Position numbers and translations under genes: made by a program. A stretch of 64,000 nt of DNA, taken from the NCBI RefSeq assembly GCF_006345805.1, contig NC_042999.1, positions 6,820,001 through 6,884,000 on the forward strand, in the 5' to 3' direction. Under the pieces are notes generated by a model. That model was not told where the DNA came from. It was given only the letters and a program-made list of their open reading frames with translations, and made no database searches. This DNA comes from Octopus sinensis (taxonomy: Eukaryota). Shown one piece after another: positions 63,977 through 64,000 of this stretch (within the stretch, counting starts at the first letter, position 1; every line of letters starts with the position of its first letter).

Positions 63977-64000
63977 CAAGGAGTGGCTGTGTGGTAAGTA
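63977..64000 (+). mobile_element. Start of a SINE family A copy cut by the window edge
   Basis: AGGAGTGGCTGTGTGGTAAGTA. Confidence 0.7.

Overview
AT-rich, microsatellite-dense eukaryotic non-coding DNA. No host protein-coding gene, true tRNA/rRNA gene or CRISPR array could be supported, and most ORFs in the track are translated microsatellites or SINE sequence. The repeat repertoire looks like an octopus/coleoid cephalopod genome (inference from recalled SINE families, not from a search). Contents: dozens of tRNA-derived SINEs of three families (here A, B, C); a 5'-truncated but young Tx1/L1-clade LINE ORF2 sitting in (TCTA)n; many R4/Dong-like LINE fragments in (AAT)n; an RTE fragment with a 5' inversion; fossil hATm-like, DD37D/maT-like and mariner transposases; hAT and Tc1/mariner MITEs; non-autonomous Helitrons including a 4-unit head-to-tail concatemer; and (TA)n-embedded Penelope-like relics carrying type-I hammerhead ribozyme folds. 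Highlights: (1) SINE subfamily B2 shares its 3' 44 nt with the Tx1-like LINE and inserts at RGWA sites, including two fixed sites in its own head, building one-head arrays of 184-bp bodies; (2) two complete and two degenerate hammerhead ribozymes, one with the compensatory U3-A8 core; (3) a rolling-circle-type Helitron concatemer. Boundaries were read by eye and may be off by a few bases.
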